Positions 1 through 12,385 of a stretch of 64,000 nt of DNA are shown piece by piece. Origin of the DNA: Thermomicrobiales bacterium (lineage in GTDB: Bacteria; Chloroflexota; Chloroflexia; Thermomicrobiales; UBA6265); NCBI GenBank assembly GCA_965218235.1, contig OZ244595.1:1062561-1126560 (forward strand), read 5' to 3'. Position 1 is the stretch's first letter. Each line of letters begins with the position of its first letter. A model generated the notes under the pieces. That model was not told the origin of the DNA. It did not search any database and saw only the letters and a list, made by a program, of their open reading frames with translations. The translations under genes were made by a program, and so were the position numbers.

Positions 1-71
1 CGCGATACACGGCCGGTGCCCTTCGATCGCCGGACCACCGACGCGCAGTTACGACGAAAGGGAACGCTCCT

Positions 72-752
72 ATGTCAAAGCAGGAACTGATCCGGCTCTA
101 CTCCAAGGGTCTACTCCCACGGCGCGACTTCGTCAGGCGACTGACCCTCACCGGCGTCTCGGCCGGGGCGGCGATCGGCTACGCCCAGAGCCTTGCCCCA
201 TCCGCCAGTGCTGCCGTTCGGCCGCTCGATCTCCGCCGGCAGGCCGATTACGGTGGGCCGATCAACTCGGGAGATCTCGACGAGGCGATCCAGACGCTGA
301 ACGCGATCCTGGACACGCTCATCGATTACTTTTCAGGGGCGTTCGAGCAGTTCAACTCGGGGGACTTCGCCGACTTCCTCGGCGGTGACGTGGATGTATT
401 CGGCCAGTTGCAGACGCTGCTCGATCAACTTCAGACCGAGCGGGATACGCTCGGTGCCGAGACAGGGTCGGGCACCTCACTGGACGTCCAGCCGGCTCAG
501 TCCGGATCGGTGGACGACTTCCTCGCGGATCTCGGCGATGTGCTCGATGTCATGGTTCAGCTCTATGCCGGCCTGATTGGCGCCGCTGAAGATGTGGAAC
601 TCCGTCAGACCCTAGCCAGCCTGGGGCTCGTCAAGGGGGAGCAGGCATCCTTCGTGCGGACCCTTCGCGGTCTGGGTGCGTTCCCAAGCGCGCTGGAGAC
701 GCCGATCGACGCTGCGGAAGCCCGCAATCAGATCGCGTCGATCCTCGCCTGA
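72..752 (+). CDS. Tat-signal secreted protein, ferritin-like-domain flavour (family tentative)
   Basis: 226-aa ORF. Twin-arginine leader RRDFVRRLTLTGVSAGAAIGYAQSLAPSASA. Acidic helical body. GC-rich third codon positions. Confidence 0.5.
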   Translation: MSKQELIRLYSKGLLPRRDFVRRLTLTGVSAGAAIGYAQSLAPSASAAVRPLDLRRQADYGGPINSGDLDEAIQTLNAILDTLIDYFSGAFEQFNSGDFADFLGGDVDVFGQLQTLLDQLQTERDTLGAETGSGTSLDVQPAQSGSVDDFLADLGDVLDVMVQLYAGLIGAAEDVELRQTLASLGLVKGEQASFVRTLRGLGAFPSALETPIDAAEARNQIASILA

Positions 753-782
753 TCTCGTAAATCGCGTCAACCTTCGTCTCTT

Positions 783-821
783 GCCGCGCCCCCCAGCGCC
801 CTGGGGAGCGCGGCACTTTTT
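783..821. terminator. Hairpin plus T-tract between convergent genes (putative intrinsic terminator)
   Basis: GCCGCGCCCCCCAG / CTGGGGAGCGCGGC arms with 1 mismatch and a 4-nt loop, followed by ACTTTTT. Lies 30 nt after the stop of the 72..752 ORF. Confidence 0.5.
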
Positions 822-843
822 CCGGAGAGGCCGGAGACCTGCC

Positions 844-3009
844 CTACTGTGACATCCGACCCGGTACGCGGTTGCGCGGTTGCGGGGATGCGGCACCCTG
901 TAAACCACCGTCAATGCTGGCAGATGATCGGACGACGGTGAACGGCCGTGTCAGCGCCGCGACGATGACGAACCGCCGGACGATCGACATGGGGCGATTG
1001 CGACATCCGCCGGCTAAGAGGATCGTTGGGACCATTCGCCAGTATCGACCTTCGACCGATGTGGATTGGGCAGCGCGGGGCTCGTGCAGAACGATGTGCG
1101 CTCGCAGGCCAGTGGCCATCTCGATTGCCGCAATGCGATCGCCTGTTGACAGATGACGATCGACCGCGCCGAGGGACGGTCCATCCGAACCACGCCACGA
1201 CTCAAGGGTCAGGACCTGTGCATGACGGGTCGTCAGATCGAGCCGGAGTAAATCGGCCTCCCACTCATCACCCTCCGAGACCGTGAGGACGACGACGTCG
1301 CGGTACCCAGTCAACCGTGCGAGTTTGCCGGGTCGGGGCCGTAGGATCTCCAGCCACATCCCTGCCCATCCCGCGATGACGCCAATCTTGACTAACCAAC
1401 GCACCGACGCATACTGCGCCGCCAGCTCCGGGTCGGCCCGGGCGACGCCGTCGTCGATCCGAGCCATCCAGCCGGGAATGTGCCTGAACAACCGCTGTCG
1501 AAGGAATGACCAGTCGATCACTGCCGCGTCGGCCGGTGGGTCCGCGGTCGCGAGCCGGCCCCACCCCCGGCCGCGGGTCAGGTGATGGCCGATCAACCCG
1601 CGGGTGCTCCGGCAGGGGCTGCTGTGATTGAACCGGATGGCAGGCTCGCGAAAGGCCACGTATCCCTGACGAACGAGGGTTTGGTTGACTTTCGTGTCCT
1701 CGGCTGAGCGAACCCCCTCCGGAAAGCCGCCGGTCTGGACCAGCGGCTGCCGGGCGTAGGAGCAGTGGGCGGGCGGTCCGTCGATCCGGGCGGGCCGGTG
1801 GCCGGGTAGGCCGGCATGATGGTCGATGAAGTACGACGCCCAGCCAGCCGGGGTCCGATTGCCGTTGACCGCGACCCCCGTCACCATAGGATAGCCACGC
1901 CGGTGAGCATCGAGCCGCGCCTGGAGGCTGCCCGGCGGGAGTTCGACATGGGAGCCGGGGAAACTGATGTACGTCCCCGAGGCAACCCGCAGACCGGCGT
2001 TGCGGGCTTCTCCCGGCAACGCCCGGCGGGGCAACTCGACCAGTCGGACCCGCGGGAATCGCTGCCGAACGATCGCTGCCGTCCGGTCCGTCCCGCTGGT
2101 CACGACGATCACCTCGAACGGCTCCGACACCACCTGACCGACGATGGAGGCGACGGTCCGCTCGATCGTCCGTTCATCGTTGTAGGAAATCACGACGACC
2201 GACAGTGGCAATTCGGCCTCTGGCGGGAGAACCGGGTCAAGACCGCTGTCAAGCCCGAAGGGAGCGGGAGTCGGACCGGGATCGTGGGCCACGGCTTCGG
2301 CCAGCAGGACCGGTTGTCCCGCTGGCCGCGGTTCCCAGCGTCGCAGCTCCGTGGTGCGAGGACCGGCCAGGAGCCGATCGTAGTCCGCCCGAAAGAATCG
2401 CTCGGGGTCCGCCTCGACGTACTTTGCGAACCGCTCAAGTCGCCGGGCGTCCGTCATTCCGCCGAGATGCTGGATGCGCAGTGTCGTGCGGACCCATAGC
2501 GAGCGGGGCAGATCGGTCGGCACGGGAACGAAGTGCAGGCGCTGGTCGGTGAACCGCTGGCCCCGCTCCCAGGCGAATAGCCGGTAGACCCATTGATCGT
2601 CCGGCAGAAACCACCCGTCCCTCTCCCGCATCGGAACGTGCCGGAAGCCGTAGGCGCAACCCGGTAACGCGTCCGTCCCGAGGAACTGGCGCAGGGCGGC
2701 GGCGTCGGCGGCGTCCATGCGTTCGTCTGCGTCCAGCGACAGGATCCAGTCGGGTTCGTACTCCGCGGAGGCCGTAAGGAGCCGGTTCCGGTTGACAGCA
2801 TCGTCCCAACCAGCGTATGACGTCCGGATCGGGTTGATCAGGATGTCCCGGACGAGCGGTTCCCGCTCGAGCAACCGGCGAGTGTCGTCGGTGCTGCCAT
2901 CGTCCAGTGCGACGATTCCGTCGCAGAGTGGTCGTAGGCAATCGAACAGGCCGGGCAGGTCCCGCGCAGCGTTTCGTACCGGCAGAAGAACGATGAGTCG
3001 TTGCGACAT
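844..3009 (-). CDS. Two-domain family-2 glycosyltransferase (722 aa from the internal ATG)
   Basis: The ORF track gives 844..3228. I prefer the start MSQRLIVLLPVRNAARD at 3009. Two GT-A modules are present. The first is VLLPVRNAA...ALDDGSTDDT...LSLDADE. The second is LSVVVISYNDERTIERTVASI...GEARNAGL...YISF. Confidence 0.8.
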   Translation of the reverse strand: MSQRLIVLLPVRNAARDLPGLFDCLRPLCDGIVALDDGSTDDTRRLLEREPLVRDILINPIRTSYAGWDDAVNRNRLLTASAEYEPDWILSLDADERMDAADAAALRQFLGTDALPGCAYGFRHVPMRERDGWFLPDDQWVYRLFAWERGQRFTDQRLHFVPVPTDLPRSLWVRTTLRIQHLGGMTDARRLERFAKYVEADPERFFRADYDRLLAGPRTTELRRWEPRPAGQPVLLAEAVAHDPGPTPAPFGLDSGLDPVLPPEAELPLSVVVISYNDERTIERTVASIVGQVVSEPFEVIVVTSGTDRTAAIVRQRFPRVRLVELPRRALPGEARNAGLRVASGTYISFPGSHVELPPGSLQARLDAHRRGYPMVTGVAVNGNRTPAGWASYFIDHHAGLPGHRPARIDGPPAHCSYARQPLVQTGGFPEGVRSAEDTKVNQTLVRQGYVAFREPAIRFNHSSPCRSTRGLIGHHLTRGRGWGRLATADPPADAAVIDWSFLRQRLFRHIPGWMARIDDGVARADPELAAQYASVRWLVKIGVIAGWAGMWLEILRPRPGKLARLTGYRDVVVLTVSEGDEWEADLLRLDLTTRHAQVLTLESWRGSDGPSLGAVDRHLSTGDRIAAIEMATGLRAHIVLHEPRAAQSTSVEGRYWRMVPTILLAGGCRNRPMSIVRRFVIVAALTRPFTVVRSSASIDGGLQGAASPQPRNRVPGRMSQ

Positions 3010-3320
3010 GAACCTGCTCCGGTGGGACGTCTGGGTCGCTCTGGAGCATAAACGACCGACCGATCCTGGGAACGGATGGCGCGGAGGGAGCGACCCTTGG
3101 TCCCTTCCGTCCGGCCTGGCCTGGCGTGGCGGTAACCATCGGTCAGCCGACCAGCAGATCGGATGAGACGTTTGTGCTACGGAAGAAGGCGCCAACACGA
3201 TAGTACACTCTGGACCATGCGCCCTCATCGGGGCGCCCGTACCAATCTCCGCGACCCGACCCGGACGATCCCCGCGGCCACCTGGCGTCCGCCAGTTTCC
3301 CTATCAGGAGACAGCCTCCC

Positions 3321-4943
3321 TTGAACCTCGATCTCAGAACGCTGCTGCGGTTCGCGCGACGCTGGTGGTTCCTACTGCTGCTCGGTCCCCTCGTCGCTGG
3401 CGGAGCGGCCTACTGGACGTCCTCCCAGCAGGAGGAGATGTACGCGGCGACCGCGACGCTGTTCATCTCCCAGACCGATCCCAGCCAGCAGGACCTGAGC
3501 GGTCTTCAGGCGGGTGAACGGCTCGGGTCGACTTACCAGCAATTGGTGAACACCGATCCAGTTCTCCAGGCGGTGATCGACCGGCTTCAGCTTCCAGTGA
3601 TGATCGGCGATCTGCGCGGCAGTGTCAGCGCCTCGGTCGTGACGGGAACACAGCTTCTCCACGTGTCGGTCTCCGACTCGGACCCGCGCCGCGCCGCTCA
3701 GGTCGCCGACGCAGTGGCGGAGGAGTTCGCCCGCGTGCTGAGCGAGCGATCCACCCAGCTCTCGAGTGCCTCGCGCGAAGCGCTGCAATCGCAACTGGAC
3801 AGGGCCGAGGGGCAGATCACGGACGTCACGACGCAGATTGATCAGCTCGAGGCATCCGGGACGGTCGGGTCGGCGGAGGTGCAAACGCAGCTCAGTTCGC
3901 TCCGCGTCACGCTCAGCCAGGCTCAGGTCGTTTACGGCGACCTGCTCAGCCAGCAGCAGCAGATGGACCTGGCTGAGGCCGCCCTCCAGAGCCGGGTCAC
4001 GGTTTGGGAACACGCCCGACTCCCAGGTACCCCGTACGCACCGCGCACGTCGCTGTACACGCTGCTGGCTTTGATCGCGGGGATGATCGTCGCGGCCGCA
4101 AGCGTCTTCCTGCTGGAATACCTCGACAACACGGTCAAGAGCGAACAGGACATCGTTGATCTGACTGGCGTCCCGATGCTCGCCGAAGTTCGCGTCGTGC
4201 CCAAGCTGCTTCCGGGCCGGGACCAACTCTATGTTTTGAACCGTCCGGCATCGGCCGCGTCGGAAGCGATTCGGCTGCTTCGGACCAACCTCGAGTTCGC
4301 TTCGGCATCGAAGGAGGTCGCGGTCATGCTGGTCTCCAGTGCGGGGCCATCCGAGGGCAAGAGCACGGTGACGGCGAACCTGGCGGCGGCGATGGCAGGG
4401 ACGGGACTGGTCACGGTCGTGATCGATGCCGATCTGCGGCGACCCACTCAGCATCGCATCTTCGACTTGTCCAACGAGCGTGGACTGACGTCCCTGCTGA
4501 CGCATCCGGCGCAACCGTGGAGCTGGGCCGCGGCCGAAGTGATCCCTGGTCGCCTGTTCGTCGTTCCGAGCGGCCCACAGCCCCCGAATCCGTCCGACCT
4601 GCTGAGTACCGAGCGGATGCGTCGCCTGCTCGAGGATCTTCGGTCGACCGTCGACCTCGTCATCATCGACTCACCGCCCCTACTTGCGGCGGCGGACGCT
4701 CTTGTCCTCGCCCCCCATTCCGACGGCGTCGTGCTGCTCTGCCGCGCCGGTCAGACGCGTCGTGAGGCCTTGCAGCGGGCGGTCGGCGCCCTCCGCAACG
4801 GTTCGATTCGGGTGATCGGCACGGTCCTCAACGGGCAGTCCAGTTCGGGTGAGAGCGGCTACTACTATGCCGGCTACTACTCGAGTGAGACCACGGACCA
4901 GCGGCCCAGCCTTCCGGCTCGTGAACCCGCAACGCAGCCGTAG
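3321..4943 (+). CDS. Polysaccharide co-polymerase / BY-kinase fusion (Wzc/CpsCD-like tyrosine autokinase)
   Basis: N-terminal TM segment plus a long coiled periplasmic region and a second TM segment. Walker A is SSAGPSEGKST, Walker A' is VVIDADLRRP and Walker B is LVIIDSPP. C-terminal Tyr cluster GYYYAGYYS. TTG start. Confidence 0.85.
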   Translation: MNLDLRTLLRFARRWWFLLLLGPLVAGGAAYWTSSQQEEMYAATATLFISQTDPSQQDLSGLQAGERLGSTYQQLVNTDPVLQAVIDRLQLPVMIGDLRGSVSASVVTGTQLLHVSVSDSDPRRAAQVADAVAEEFARVLSERSTQLSSASREALQSQLDRAEGQITDVTTQIDQLEASGTVGSAEVQTQLSSLRVTLSQAQVVYGDLLSQQQQMDLAEAALQSRVTVWEHARLPGTPYAPRTSLYTLLALIAGMIVAAASVFLLEYLDNTVKSEQDIVDLTGVPMLAEVRVVPKLLPGRDQLYVLNRPASAASEAIRLLRTNLEFASASKEVAVMLVSSAGPSEGKSTVTANLAAAMAGTGLVTVVIDADLRRPTQHRIFDLSNERGLTSLLTHPAQPWSWAAAEVIPGRLFVVPSGPQPPNPSDLLSTERMRRLLEDLRSTVDLVIIDSPPLLAAADALVLAPHSDGVVLLCRAGQTRREALQRAVGALRNGSIRVIGTVLNGQSSSGESGYYYAGYYSSETTDQRPSLPAREPATQP

Positions 4944-5070
4944 CGACCGGTGTGCCTCCGTGGACGGCCGAGGGAGTGGTCGGAACCGATCATCGCTCCG
5001 GTGGGTTCCGCGCGGGATGGCCATGCCCGGGGTTGGGTACGGACCGATCCCGACGATTGCCTTGGGGCCG

Positions 5071-5880
5071 TTATCGGGCGCCCCGCCCAATCGGCCACCA
5101 GCGACGCGGGCGTCGCTGGAAATCACCTTCACCGGCTTGCTCGCCCAGGGCAATGTCGTCGCCGGAGAGGATCGCCACCGGGTTGCGGTTCACGATCCGG
5201 TCCCGCCGTTCTCGCCCGACGATCTGCTCCAGGCGACGCAGCGCGTCCGGGACGGCCGCCAGCCGGTGATCGTCCCCGTGGGCGTCCGAGGCAACCAGAG
5301 TGATCGCGCCGGCCTCGAGTAGCCGCGTGGATACCTTCTGGATCCGACGGGACGATCCAGTCAGGCTCTGCAGCGTCAATTGCAGCTGGACCCCGCGACG
5401 GGCCAGGGCGATCGCGAGGTCGGGCTGCTCCTGCACCGCGCGGTAGCGTTCCGGGTGGGCGAGGATCGGGCGGTAGCCGGCCGCCTGAAGGGCGAACATC
5501 GTCGCCTCGGTGTAGGTCGGCCAGCCGACGAACGGCAGTTCGACCAGGATTGCCCGAGTCCCGGCGATCGTCGAAGGTTCCCCCGCCTCGAGCCGGCGGG
5601 GCAGATCGGGCGACAGGAAGACCTCGTAGCCACCGATCACGCTGATTCCATATGGCCCGGCCTCATGCCGCACCTCAGCCAATCGGGTCTCCACAGCCAA
5701 CCGATAGTCCCCGGCGAGCTGGACATGCAGGTGCGGCGTGGCGACGATGGTCCGGTATCCCAGCTCAACCGATCTGGCTAGCAGGAGCCGTGTGCCGGCC
5801 ATGGATGAAGCACCGTCGTCAACCCCTGGGAGCAGATGATTGTGCAGGTCTATCACAGGTTTACTCCGATGCTCACCCAC
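5071..5880 (-). CDS. CpsB/YwqE-type PHP-family protein-tyrosine phosphatase
   Basis: N-terminal motif IDLHNHLLPGVDDG, then ATPH and a later HPER/DAHG His cluster. Convergent with the BY-kinase gene. Confidence 0.8.
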   Translation of the reverse strand: MGEHRSKPVIDLHNHLLPGVDDGASSMAGTRLLLARSVELGYRTIVATPHLHVQLAGDYRLAVETRLAEVRHEAGPYGISVIGGYEVFLSPDLPRRLEAGEPSTIAGTRAILVELPFVGWPTYTEATMFALQAAGYRPILAHPERYRAVQEQPDLAIALARRGVQLQLTLQSLTGSSRRIQKVSTRLLEAGAITLVASDAHGDDHRLAAVPDALRRLEQIVGRERRDRIVNRNPVAILSGDDIALGEQAGEGDFQRRPRRWWPIGRGAR

Positions 5881-6304
5881 TAGCGGGTATCGCCGCAGTC
5901 TGGTTCTACCACGTGGGCGCCAGATGGGTGCCAGACAGGGGGCCGTGGTCGGCCCGCCCCTGTCCTGATGATGGCGCTCCGAGCCCGATCATGACTCTTG
6001 GGGGGTTCGATCTATACCTTCTGGCCTAACCCGACTGTCGAATCGTGGCGTGCTCGATCCCAGAACCAGTCCATGCCATGGCAGGAGGACGGGCTCGGGT
6101 TCAGGAAGGGTGCCATTCGGACTGTCAAGTCCGGTTTCATGCGGGACCAGAAATGACTATGCCGGCAGGATGAATGGCCTATTTCCAGTCGATGGTGCCA
6201 TTGCGTAGGGTTAGAGAGGTTCCCGCTCGGTCCAGACTCGCCTATCCATTGGCGGCCTGCACAGCGCGGCATCATGCCGGATTCGGACCCAGTGGATTCA
6301 GGCG

Positions 6305-7198
6305 ATGTCCACGCGCTGGACGTCCAGGCATCTTCGCCTCAGTCTCGGGCGCATCCCAATGGAGGTCGCGATGTCGGTTGGTGCCCTCGAGGTCGATGAT
6401 CAGATCGCATCCCGTGTGGAGCGTGTGACTGGCTCGGATCTCTACATCGTTCCGGGCGGCCGGGTCGTGTCCGGCGACATCCATGAGGTCCCGCCTCGTT
6501 CCTGGCAGGGTGCGGTCGTCGCGATTCCCGTCGGTCCAGACACGGTCCGGGTCGAGGCGACGTTGCCGATTGGGGGCGTCATGGACCCCGGTGTCGCCTA
6601 TCACCTGATCAAGCGATCGCTCGACATCGTGGTGGCTCTCCTCGCCATCGTCCTGCTCCTCCCGTTGATCTTGATGATCGCCATAGCTATCCGGGTCAAT
6701 AGCCCTGGACCGATCCTGTTTCGTCACCGCCGTGTAGGGCGGGACGGAGTTCCCTTCTCGTGCCTGAAGTTTCGAACGATGGTGGCGGACGCCGATACGC
6801 GACTCAAGACCGATGCAACGCTTCAGGCGGAATTGATGCTCAAGTGGAAGTTGAATCGTGATCCTCGCGTGACGTCAGTGGGTCGAGTCCTCCGCAAGAC
6901 GAGCGTCGACGAACTTCCCCAACTCCTGAATGTTCTCAAAGGACAGATGAGCCTTATTGGTCCTCGGCCGGTGCCTCGCGTTGAGTTCGATGCGAATTAT
7001 CATCGACATGGCCATCTGATCTTCAGCGTGCGACCGGGGATTACCGGCCTCTGGCAGGTGTCGGGAAGATCGAGTCTCACCTACGAGGAGCGAATCGCGC
7101 TGGACCTCGATTATGTCCGAAGCCGCTGCTTCTGGATGGAACTTCGGATTCTCGTGATGACCATTCCCGCGGTTCTCCTGAGGCGGGGAGCAGTCTGA
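6305..7198 (+). CDS. Bacterial sugar transferase (polyprenyl-phosphate glycosyl-1-phosphate transferase, priming enzyme)
   Basis: [21 protein letters not shown] helix. Motifs [42 protein letters not shown] and [14 protein letters not shown]. The true start may be downstream at MEVAMSVG. Confidence 0.85.
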   Translation: MSTRWTSRHLRLSLGRIPMEVAMSVGALEVDDQIASRVERVTGSDLYIVPGGRVVSGDIHEVPPRSWQGAVVAIPVGPDTVRVEATLPIGGVMDPGVAYHLIKRSLDIVVALLAIVLLLPLILMIAIAIRVNSPGPILFRHRRVGRDGVPFSCLKFRTMVADADTRLKTDATLQAELMLKWKLNRDPRVTSVGRVLRKTSVDELPQLLNVLKGQMSLIGPRPVPRVEFDANYHRHGHLIFSVRPGITGLWQVSGRSSLTYEERIALDLDYVRSRCFWMELRILVMTIPAVLLRRGAV

Positions 7199-8546
7199 TG
7201 ACCCTTGAGAGGCTCAATCTCCTGATTGTCGGCCTCAACTATTGGCCGGAAGACACGGGAAGCGCTCCCTACACGACAGGCGTGGCTGAAGCCATGGCGG
7301 CGCGCGGGGCAAACGTCACGGTGCTGGCAGGCATGCCCTATTATCCAGGCTGGCGGGTTTCGGCGTCCTATGCCGGCCGGCTCTCCATGACCGAACGACA
7401 CAATGGTGTCACGATCCATCGAGTTCGTCAGTATGTCCCGGGCCGGCAGTCGGCGGCTCGTCGTGGTTTCTCGGAACTCTCCTTCCATTCGCACCTGCTA
7501 AGACTGTCTCGTCTATCCCGACCTGATCTCATCCTTGCCTCGATGCCGTATGTCGCGAACGGCGTCCTGGGTAGATGGGCGAGTCGGCGCTTTCACGTGC
7601 CGTATGGGCTCATCATCCAGGACCTGTCCAGTCAGGCAGCTGCTCAGTCATCCATTCGTGGGGGAACACGAGTCGCAACGATATTACGGTCAGTCGAAGG
7701 TCGAATGCTTCGCGATGCCGCTGGCGTTGGTCTCGTGGCGGACGGCTTCCGGGCCAGCGTCGAGGCGATGGGGGTCGCGCACGACCGGATCACGATGCTC
7801 CCGAACTGGTCGCACGTCTCGTCGCCGACCGGTGACCGGACGCGGACCCGGGCCGAGCTGGGCTGGGACGACGCGACGCAGGTCGTCCTGCACGCCGGGA
7901 ACATGGGGCTGAAGCAGGGGCTGGAGCACGTCGTCGCGGCCGCGCGGGTCGCGGAACAGCGCGAGGATCCCGTCCGGTTCATACTGATGGGGGATGGCAA
8001 CCAACGGGTCGCCCTGACGATACTCGCCCGTGGAACCGCCGCCATCGAGTTCCTGCCCCCGCAGCCCGCCGACCGGTTCATGGATGTCCTTGCCGCTGCC
8101 GACGTCCTGCTCGTCAATGAGCGAGCGAGCGTCGTCGACATGTCGCTACCCAGCAAGCTGACGTCGTACTTCATGGCGGGCCGCGCCGTCGTAGCCGCGA
8201 CGAACCCGCTGGGAATCACCGCCCAGGAGGTGTCGCGGTCCGGGGCGGGAGTCTCGGTCCCGGCGGAGGATCCGGAGTCGCTGCTGGCGGCGCTGGGAGC
8301 GCTCCGGGCCGACCCGGCGCTGGCCGGCGAGCTCGGCGCCAACGGCCCGCGTTACGCCGCCGCTCACCTCGGGGCGGACGCCGCCTACGATCGGGTCGAG
8401 CGGTTCCTGGAGGGGTTGCTCGGCGACGCGCCAGCGCGAACTGTCGTGGGCGGTCCGGTTCCCACCCCGACCCAAGCCTCAGCCATGCCCGTCGCCGGAC
8501 GCGACGTCGCGGCGGCGAGCACCGTACGGATTGGAGACATCGGGCG

Positions 8547-8550
<4 letters not shown>
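7198..8550 (+). CDS. GT4-family glycosyltransferase, WcaI-like
   Basis: [39 protein letters not shown]-terminus is typical of WcaI-type GT4. Its start overlaps the upstream stop (ATGA). Confidence 0.8.
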
Positions 8551-10591
<2,041 letters not shown>

Positions 10592-10682
10592 GACCATCGA
10601 GGCTTGGATGGACGTCGACTGGGGCGACGGGACACACCGTTGAAGACGAGGGTTCTTGCGTTCGACGCTGGGGGTGCCGGTC

Positions 10683-11348
10683 ATGCAGGTATTGACGAAA
10701 GTTCTGGGGTCCGGCGATCACCGCAAGTCACGGTTCCATACCAGACGCGGCCAATTGCTGCCGATTCACGCCTGGCCACAGCTGATCTCATCTGCGCGCC
10801 AGAGGGTCTCCCGTCACCAACCGACTACGCCATGGCTAGCGTCATCCGCAGTCGCATTCCTGGATGAGTCGATTCAGGCAACGTGGAATGTCTTTGAGTT
10901 CGGTTCCGGTGCGTCGACAGCCTGGTATGCTCAACGGGCCGGAACAGTCGAGAGTGTCGAGAACAACCCGGAGTGGCACCGCCAAGTGAGCGAGCAGCTT
11001 GCCCATGCTGGGGTCGAGAATTGCACGCTGACTTGGCTGGATTCGTCTCGGGATTTCCCGAGTTATCTCGAGCAATACAGCGATGACTCGTTCGATCTCG
11101 TCGTCGTCGACGGCTACGAGGCTCGATCCGGGCATCGAATAGAGTGCCTGAAGGTCGCAAAATCTAAGACAAAGCCGGGAGGGTTAATTGTGCTCGACGA
11201 TTCCGACCGGCTCGAGTACCGCGCCGCTGATGACATTTTGATGGGGTGGACGGTTAGGCGCTTCATCTCAGTGAAACCGTTCCCTCTGGCTTCAGTTGAG
11301 ACAAGTGTCTTCATTCGGCCACTCGAGCCGACGGAGTCTACCGAATGA
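10683..11348 (+). CDS. Class I SAM-dependent methyltransferase
   Basis: VFEFGSGASTAWYA (motif I) and an acidic loop VESVENN. GGLIVLDD. First gene of the lower-GC cassette. The track ORF begins at 10656 (TTG); I prefer the ATG at 10683. Confidence 0.6.
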   Translation: MQVLTKVLGSGDHRKSRFHTRRGQLLPIHAWPQLISSARQRVSRHQPTTPWLASSAVAFLDESIQATWNVFEFGSGASTAWYAQRAGTVESVENNPEWHRQVSEQLAHAGVENCTLTWLDSSRDFPSYLEQYSDDSFDLVVVDGYEARSGHRIECLKVAKSKTKPGGLIVLDDSDRLEYRAADDILMGWTVRRFISVKPFPLASVETSVFIRPLEPTESTE

Positions 11349-11434
11349 GCTCAAGTGGCCTTTTGGAGCATAGGAGTCCGTGGCACCGGCAAATGTATCG
11401 TGCTACCCCGATGGTGCGTCCGATGTCCAGTTCG

Positions 11435-11620
11435 CTCGCTGGAGCGTTCGCCGGACAGAGTGCATTACTCGTAGGGGATAACGTCTGGGCCCCTGCCAAA
11501 GCCGATGGCCACCCCCGCGCTGGCTCCGATACCTCCCGCGCCAGGCAGGAGTTCGGCTTAACAGCCAGCACGAGCTTCGAGGATGGACTACGTGGAACGA
11601 TCGATTGGTACGAGGAGTGC
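11435..11620 (+). pseudogene. Relic of the 3' end of a second, diverged fcl gene
   Basis: Translation ...[45 protein letters not shown] aligns with the fcl C-terminus [46 protein letters not shown]. Shared nucleotide blocks are GATACCTCCCGCGC, GAGTTCGGCTT, ACGAGCTTCGAGGATGGACT and GATTGGTACGA. No upstream Rossmann part is present. Confidence 0.65.
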
Positions 11621-11666
11621 CTCGATGAGAGTTCGATCCGGATGCAGGACTCACTGGACAAACGTC

Positions 11667-12272
11667 ATGGTTGATACATCGCCTCTTAGACAGCAGCTCT
11701 CGTATTTACGAGAGGATTGGAAACAGAACAGCTCACTCGTCGTGCGCACAGCACTCGTCAACTATCGGCTGGGTAGGGGCGTTTCTCTATCCTCATTGCC
11801 AGCTCCGGCGAAGAGGATTGTACGACTTATCGGGGCGATTGTTGACGCGCTGATTGTGATACCAATGGGCTGCGGCAAGATATTCTCGACCTCCGAGATC
11901 GGCCCAGGGTTCATCATGGCTCACCGAATGACTGGTTCTGTCATCCACCCGCACGCTCACATCGGGAAGGCCGCCAAGATTTTCCATCAAGTGACCATCG
12001 GCAACGCCGGGAGCAAGAACGGAGGCGCCCGCGTGCCAATAATCGGCGACGGCGTCACGATTTATCCGGGAGCCATTCTGGTGGGAAAAATCACGATTGG
12101 CGACAATGTCGTGATTGGTCCGAACGCGCTGGTCAACCAGGACGTGCCGTCTGGCAGCAGGGTGGTGGCACCGAGGGCCACCGTACTCGCTTCCATCATT
12201 GATAGCCGTGCGGGCGAACTCAAGTATGAACAAGCCTGGGAGGTAGTGGCACGGATACCGCCCGACGATTGA
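11667..12272 (+). CDS. Hexapeptide-repeat O-acetyltransferase (serine acetyltransferase/EpsC-like)
   Basis: Left-handed beta-helix repeats IGKAAKIFHQVTIGN..., PIIGDGVTIYPGAILVGKITIGDNVVIGPNALV. The start is trimmed to the ATG at 11667 because the upstream part of the track ORF overlaps the fcl relic. Confidence 0.7.
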   Translation: MVDTSPLRQQLSYLREDWKQNSSLVVRTALVNYRLGRGVSLSSLPAPAKRIVRLIGAIVDALIVIPMGCGKIFSTSEIGPGFIMAHRMTGSVIHPHAHIGKAAKIFHQVTIGNAGSKNGGARVPIIGDGVTIYPGAILVGKITIGDNVVIGPNALVNQDVPSGSRVVAPRATVLASIIDSRAGELKYEQAWEVVARIPPDD

Positions 12273-12385
12273 CTGATAGTGCATACCCCGTGCCCCTCAG
12301 TCCGAGCGTCTGATGCTGTTCTGGCTCGCGAGACCACGGTAGAGAGATCACATCGGAACTGGAGAGCTAGCTAAGCAAAAGGGAG

